A stretch of DNA of 40,332 bases from a virus (lineage: Duplodnaviria > Caudoviricetes), in IMG/VR virus record IMGVR_UViG_3300037462_000917, positions 1 to 40,332 of that record. One strand, 5' to 3'. The notes beneath the pieces are model-generated. The model was given only the letters and a program-made list of their open reading frames with translations, ran no database searches and was not told the DNA's origin. Positions 36,896 through 40,332 of the stretch are shown here, piece after piece. The position numbers and the translations under genes are program-made. The stretch's first letter is position 1. Each line of letters opens with the position of its first letter.

Positions 36896-38857
36896 ATGTC
36901 CGACATCACCACCCACCTCCTGCTGCCCTACATCCTGGCATCGCAGGCCCAGAAGCATGTCACCCACAACGAGGCGCTGCGCCTGCTGGATGCGATGGTT
37001 CAGCTGTCGGTGCTGGATCGCAACCGCGCCGCCCCACCCGTCAGCCCGACCGATGGCGACCGGCATATCGTCGCATCGGGCGCGACAGGTCTCTGGGCAG
37101 GCTGGGACTTGAACGTGGCCTTTTGGGTCGATGGCGTCTGGATGCGGCTGGTGCCGCGCCCGGGCTGGTTATCATGGATCGCGGCGGAACAGGCCATTGT
37201 CGTCTGGAACGGGTCGGCCTGGGATTTGGTCGGCGAACCGGTGGATGTGTCGGATGCTGTCTTCAGCTTGGTGAACGATGCCGACCCGACAAAGAAGGCG
37301 GTGTTCTCGCTGTCGGGGATCGGCACTGGCACGACCCGAACCTTCGCGTTGCCGAACACATCGTCAGAACTGGCAATTCTCGCAGGCACCCAGACCTTCA
37401 CTGGCAACAAGACCTTCTCGGGTTCGCTGACAGCGTCGGGTGCTGTGTCGATCACCGGCACGCTGACCGCCTCGGGGACGGTCACGGTTTCGGCGGCGGC
37501 GGCCTCGATCGGCACAGCGATCACGACTGCAACCTATGGAATGGGGACTGGGGTCAATCCGACCGGCGTGACCAAGACCCTGAACCTTGGCACGGGTGGC
37601 GCATCCGGATCGACAACGGTCGTCAACATCGGGTCGGCGACCGCAGGCGCTGGCGGCACGACGGTCGTCAACACACCCACGGTGACGTTCGCAAATGCCG
37701 TCACGCAAGTCGGCATGCCCCAGGCCAACCTGACGGCGCAGCTATTGGGCCTTGGTGGCGCAACGGCAGACAGCTACAACCGGGTTTCGGTCAACACCCC
37801 GGCGCTCCTGTTCAACAACGCCGGGGCCGGGATCGAGGCCACCGTCAACAAGGCAGCGGCCGGAAACGATGCGGCCTTCGCCTTCAAGACCGGATTCTCG
37901 GCGCGGGCGCTGATCGGCCTGCTTGCCAGTGACGATTTCAGCGTCAAGGTCAGCCCGAATGGCTCGGACTTCTTCGATGCCGTGAAAATCGACCGCACCA
38001 ATGGCAGGGTCGAACTGCCTGAACCGCTGTTGCTGCCCGCGCATGACGCAGCCCCCGCGCCACCGCCAGCGGGGCGGATCGCGCTTTATGGCCGCAATCG
38101 TGCCGGAACGGGCTGGGTCGATGTGCAGCGCCCGTCCGGCCGTCACTTTCCGCTGCAACCGCATTTCGGGGTCAACCGGGTCGCCACCTGGTCGCCGTCG
38201 GTCAGCACCACCGTGACGACGGATGGCATGCCGCGCACGGCCGTCGGCACGGTGGCCACGCCAACCCTTGCCACCACCGGCCTTGCCGCCAGCATACGCC
38301 GCTGGCGCGTCACCAGTGCCGCCACCGCCAATGCCGCCGCCGAGGAACGCTCCGCGGGCTGGGTTTGCTGGCGCGGGAATGCAGAGGGCCTTGGCGGCTG
38401 GAACTACGTCAACCGGCTGTCGCTGACCACGCTGCAGGCGACGGGGATGGGGTTCTTCGGCCTCTATGGATCGGTGGCGGCGCTGGCAACGACCCTGACG
38501 CTGTCCACTGTGGTGAACTGCATCGGCATCGGGTTCCAGCGCGGCACACATGCCAACTGGCAGCTGGTGCACAATGACGGCACCGGCGCGCCGACGCTGA
38601 TCGACCTTGGGGCCAGTTTCCCGGTGGCGAGCCTGACGAATGTGCTGACGCTCTACATCGCCGCCACGCCGAACGGGGCCGACATCGGCGTGCGTTTGGT
38701 CGAGGAGGTCAGCGGCGCGGCGGTCGAGTTCACCATCACCACCGACATGCCCGCTGCCACCCAACTGCTCAGCCCGCGCAACTACATGAACAACGGCGCC
38801 ACAGCGGCGGCCGTCGCCTACGACTGCGCGGGCGTTTACCTCGAGACAGATTACTAA
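36896..38857 (+). CDS. Tail fibre/receptor-binding protein with N-terminal DUF2793
   Basis: 'LPYILASQAQKHVTHNEALRLLD'; Thr/Gly-rich beta repeats; distinct C-terminal domain. Confidence 0.85.
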   Translation: MSDITTHLLLPYILASQAQKHVTHNEALRLLDAMVQLSVLDRNRAAPPVSPTDGDRHIVASGATGLWAGWDLNVAFWVDGVWMRLVPRPGWLSWIAAEQAIVVWNGSAWDLVGEPVDVSDAVFSLVNDADPTKKAVFSLSGIGTGTTRTFALPNTSSELAILAGTQTFTGNKTFSGSLTASGAVSITGTLTASGTVTVSAAAASIGTAITTATYGMGTGVNPTGVTKTLNLGTGGASGSTTVVNIGSATAGAGGTTVVNTPTVTFANAVTQVGMPQANLTAQLLGLGGATADSYNRVSVNTPALLFNNAGAGIEATVNKAAAGNDAAFAFKTGFSARALIGLLASDDFSVKVSPNGSDFFDAVKIDRTNGRVELPEPLLLPAHDAAPAPPPAGRIALYGRNRAGTGWVDVQRPSGRHFPLQPHFGVNRVATWSPSVSTTVTTDGMPRTAVGTVATPTLATTGLAASIRRWRVTSAATANAAAEERSAGWVCWRGNAEGLGGWNYVNRLSLTTLQATGMGFFGLYGSVAALATTLTLSTVVNCIGIGFQRGTHANWQLVHNDGTGAPTLIDLGASFPVASLTNVLTLYIAATPNGADIGVRLVEEVSGAAVEFTITTDMPAATQLLSPRNYMNNGATAAAVAYDCAGVYLETDY

Positions 38858-38868
38858 AGGATATCAAC

Positions 38869-39177
38869 ATGACAGAACGAACGTCCCTCCTGCAGGAAGT
38901 CGGCCAGGCCTTCCGCGACAACGGCATGACCGCTGCCATCACGGCGCTGGTCGGTGGTTCTCTTGCCATCGCCGCCACCGTCACCCGCAAGGCATTCACC
39001 AACGAGGCGATGCTGGAGCGGCTGGACCGGGAACTGCATCTCGAACGCGAGCGCACCGACAAGCAGCGCGCCGATGACCGCAAGGCCGATGCCGACCGGC
39101 TGGAACGCATCGAAACCGACATCCGTGCCATGCGCGACGTGATGTTCGAAGCTTTTCAGCGCGGCCGTACCGACTGA
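38869..39177 (+). CDS. Membrane protein with coiled coil, possible holin
   Basis: AAGGA RBS; one hydrophobic segment then a charged coiled coil; directly upstream of the endolysin. Confidence 0.55.
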   Translation: MTERTSLLQEVGQAFRDNGMTAAITALVGGSLAIAATVTRKAFTNEAMLERLDRELHLERERTDKQRADDRKADADRLERIETDIRAMRDVMFEAFQRGRTD

Positions 39178-39211
39178 CGCGCCCCCAAGACCATCACTGA
39201 ACCTGTCCCCC

Positions 39212-39233
39212 ACCCGCCCCAGAGGCGGGTTTT
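39212..39233 (+). terminator. Intrinsic terminator-like hairpin
   Basis: ACCCGCC-CCAGA-GGCGGGT-TTT. Confidence 0.55.
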
Positions 39234-39252
39234 GCATTTCTGGAGACCAACC

Positions 39253-39927
39253 ATGCCGACCACGACCTATGCCCATTTCCGCGACGTGCCCGAAAGCGCC
39301 TGGCGCTGGCCCAGTTTCTCCCCGGCCGAGATCGCCTGCCGCGGCACCGGCGCAATCAAGATCAACACCGAGGCCATGGACAAGCTGCAGTCCCTGCGCA
39401 ACCGCCTCGGCAAGCCGCTGATCGTCCGCTCGGGTTATCGCAGCCCGAGCCACAACCGCGCCGTCGGTGGGGCCCCGGCCTCGAAGCACATGCTGGGCAC
39501 GGCCTTCGACATCGCCATGTCGAACCATGATCCGGTCACCTTTGCAGAGGCTGCCCGCGCCGTTGGCTTTCTCGGTTTCGGCACCTATCCGCGCTCGGGC
39601 TTTATGCATATCGACCTCGGGCCTGCGCGCAGCTGGGGCGAACCCTTCGCTCCCCGTGCGACGCCCTTCGTGCCGGAAACCCAGCCTGCCCGCGAAGTGC
39701 TGGCCGATAGCCGCACCCTGAAAGGCGGCGGGACAGCGGGCATCGCCACTGTCGGCGCTGCCGGTGTCGAAGTCGCGCAAGATGTCCTGGCAGAAACCCA
39801 ATCCGCGATCCTGCCCCTGGTGCCTTACCTCGACACCCTGCGCTGGGTGTTCATCGCCGTGGCGCTGATCGGCATTGCGATCGCGATCCACGCCCGGATC
39901 GATGACTGGAAGCGGGGCCAGCGCTGA
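39253..39927 (+). CDS. Endolysin, peptidase M15 family, with C-terminal hydrophobic helices
   Basis: SGYRS..HN..VGGA..SKH..G.AFD and FMHID zinc motifs; GGAG RBS. Confidence 0.88.
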   Translation: MPTTTYAHFRDVPESAWRWPSFSPAEIACRGTGAIKINTEAMDKLQSLRNRLGKPLIVRSGYRSPSHNRAVGGAPASKHMLGTAFDIAMSNHDPVTFAEAARAVGFLGFGTYPRSGFMHIDLGPARSWGEPFAPRATPFVPETQPAREVLADSRTLKGGGTAGIATVGAAGVEVAQDVLAETQSAILPLVPYLDTLRWVFIAVALIGIAIAIHARIDDWKRGQR

Positions 39928-40178
39928 TGGGCTGGATCACCGTCCTCCTCGCCAGCGGCCCGGCGCGCAAAGCGCTGGGCCTGCTGCTGGCCGCCCTCAC
40001 CATCGCCCTGTTCCTGATGAACTTGCGCCGCGCCGGTGAACGGACCGGTCGGCTGGCAGAACGCCTTTCAACATCGGAGAAAACCCATGAAGTCCAACGC
40101 CAGATGCTGGACGCCGCCAGCCGCCGCCCCGCTGATCGTGATGCTCTGGCTCAGCGCATGCGCGATGGGCGATTTTGA
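39927..40178 (+). CDS. i-spanin (Rz-like)
   Basis: N-terminal TM helix followed by a helical domain, after the endolysin. Confidence 0.6.
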   Translation: MGWITVLLASGPARKALGLLLAALTIALFLMNLRRAGERTGRLAERLSTSEKTHEVQRQMLDAASRRPADRDALAQRMRDGRF

Positions 40179-40332
40179 CGGACCTGCCGCTTGCCCGCCT
40201 GTCGTCAAATACACCAAAGTCGATCAGTTGCGAGCCGCTATCGAGGTCGAAGCATTGCCCGAGGATGCGGTCGTCTTGCGGATGCTAAGTGACTACGCGG
40301 TCCTGCGTGATCAGTCGGAGGCGTGCAGGTGA
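40087..40332 (+). CDS. o-spanin lipoprotein (Rz1-like)
   Basis: GGAG RBS; lipobox LSAC; 'CPPVV.Y'; overlaps the i-spanin in another frame. Confidence 0.7.
   Translation: MKSNARCWTPPAAAPLIVMLWLSACAMGDFDGPAACPPVVKYTKVDQLRAAIEVEALPEDAVVLRMLSDYAVLRDQSEACR

Larger units (their letters stand above)
1..40332 (+). mobile_element. Temperate siphoprophage (lambda-like head, GTA-like baseplate), integrase to lysis module
   Basis: Continuous integrase-regulation-replication-packaging-head-tail-lysis synteny; att sites not visible in the window. Confidence 0.95.

Noticed and set aside
36896-38857. Diversity-generating retroelement or shufflon acting on the tail fibre
   Set aside because: No reverse transcriptase, invertase or duplicated template/variable repeat seen in the window

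Overview
The window is an almost complete, high-GC temperate siphoprophage. Its gene content (GTA-like baseplate genes, an alphaproteobacterial-type LexA box) points to an alphaproteobacterial, Rhodobacteraceae-like host. It runs from the integrase start (1) to the o-spanin stop (40332); att sites are not visible. Gene order: tyrosine integrase; a regulatory region with a WYL-domain regulator and no recognisable CI repressor; an early/replication operon (excisionase-like HTH, VRR-NUC, initiator with internal iterons, and a C5 methyltransferase whose conserved motifs are split between two almost fully overlapping reading frames); a moron island (NaeI-type R-M pair, DEDDh-BRCT exonuclease, two secreted proteins); a lambda-like cos region; two ParB-methyltransferases; a minus-strand cluster of small genes; a lambda-type head module; a tail module with a programmed -1 frameshift, one frameshifted gene and a moron; GTA-like baseplate genes; a tail fibre; and a lysis cassette. 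All product calls come from motifs and synteny read by eye. No database search was run.
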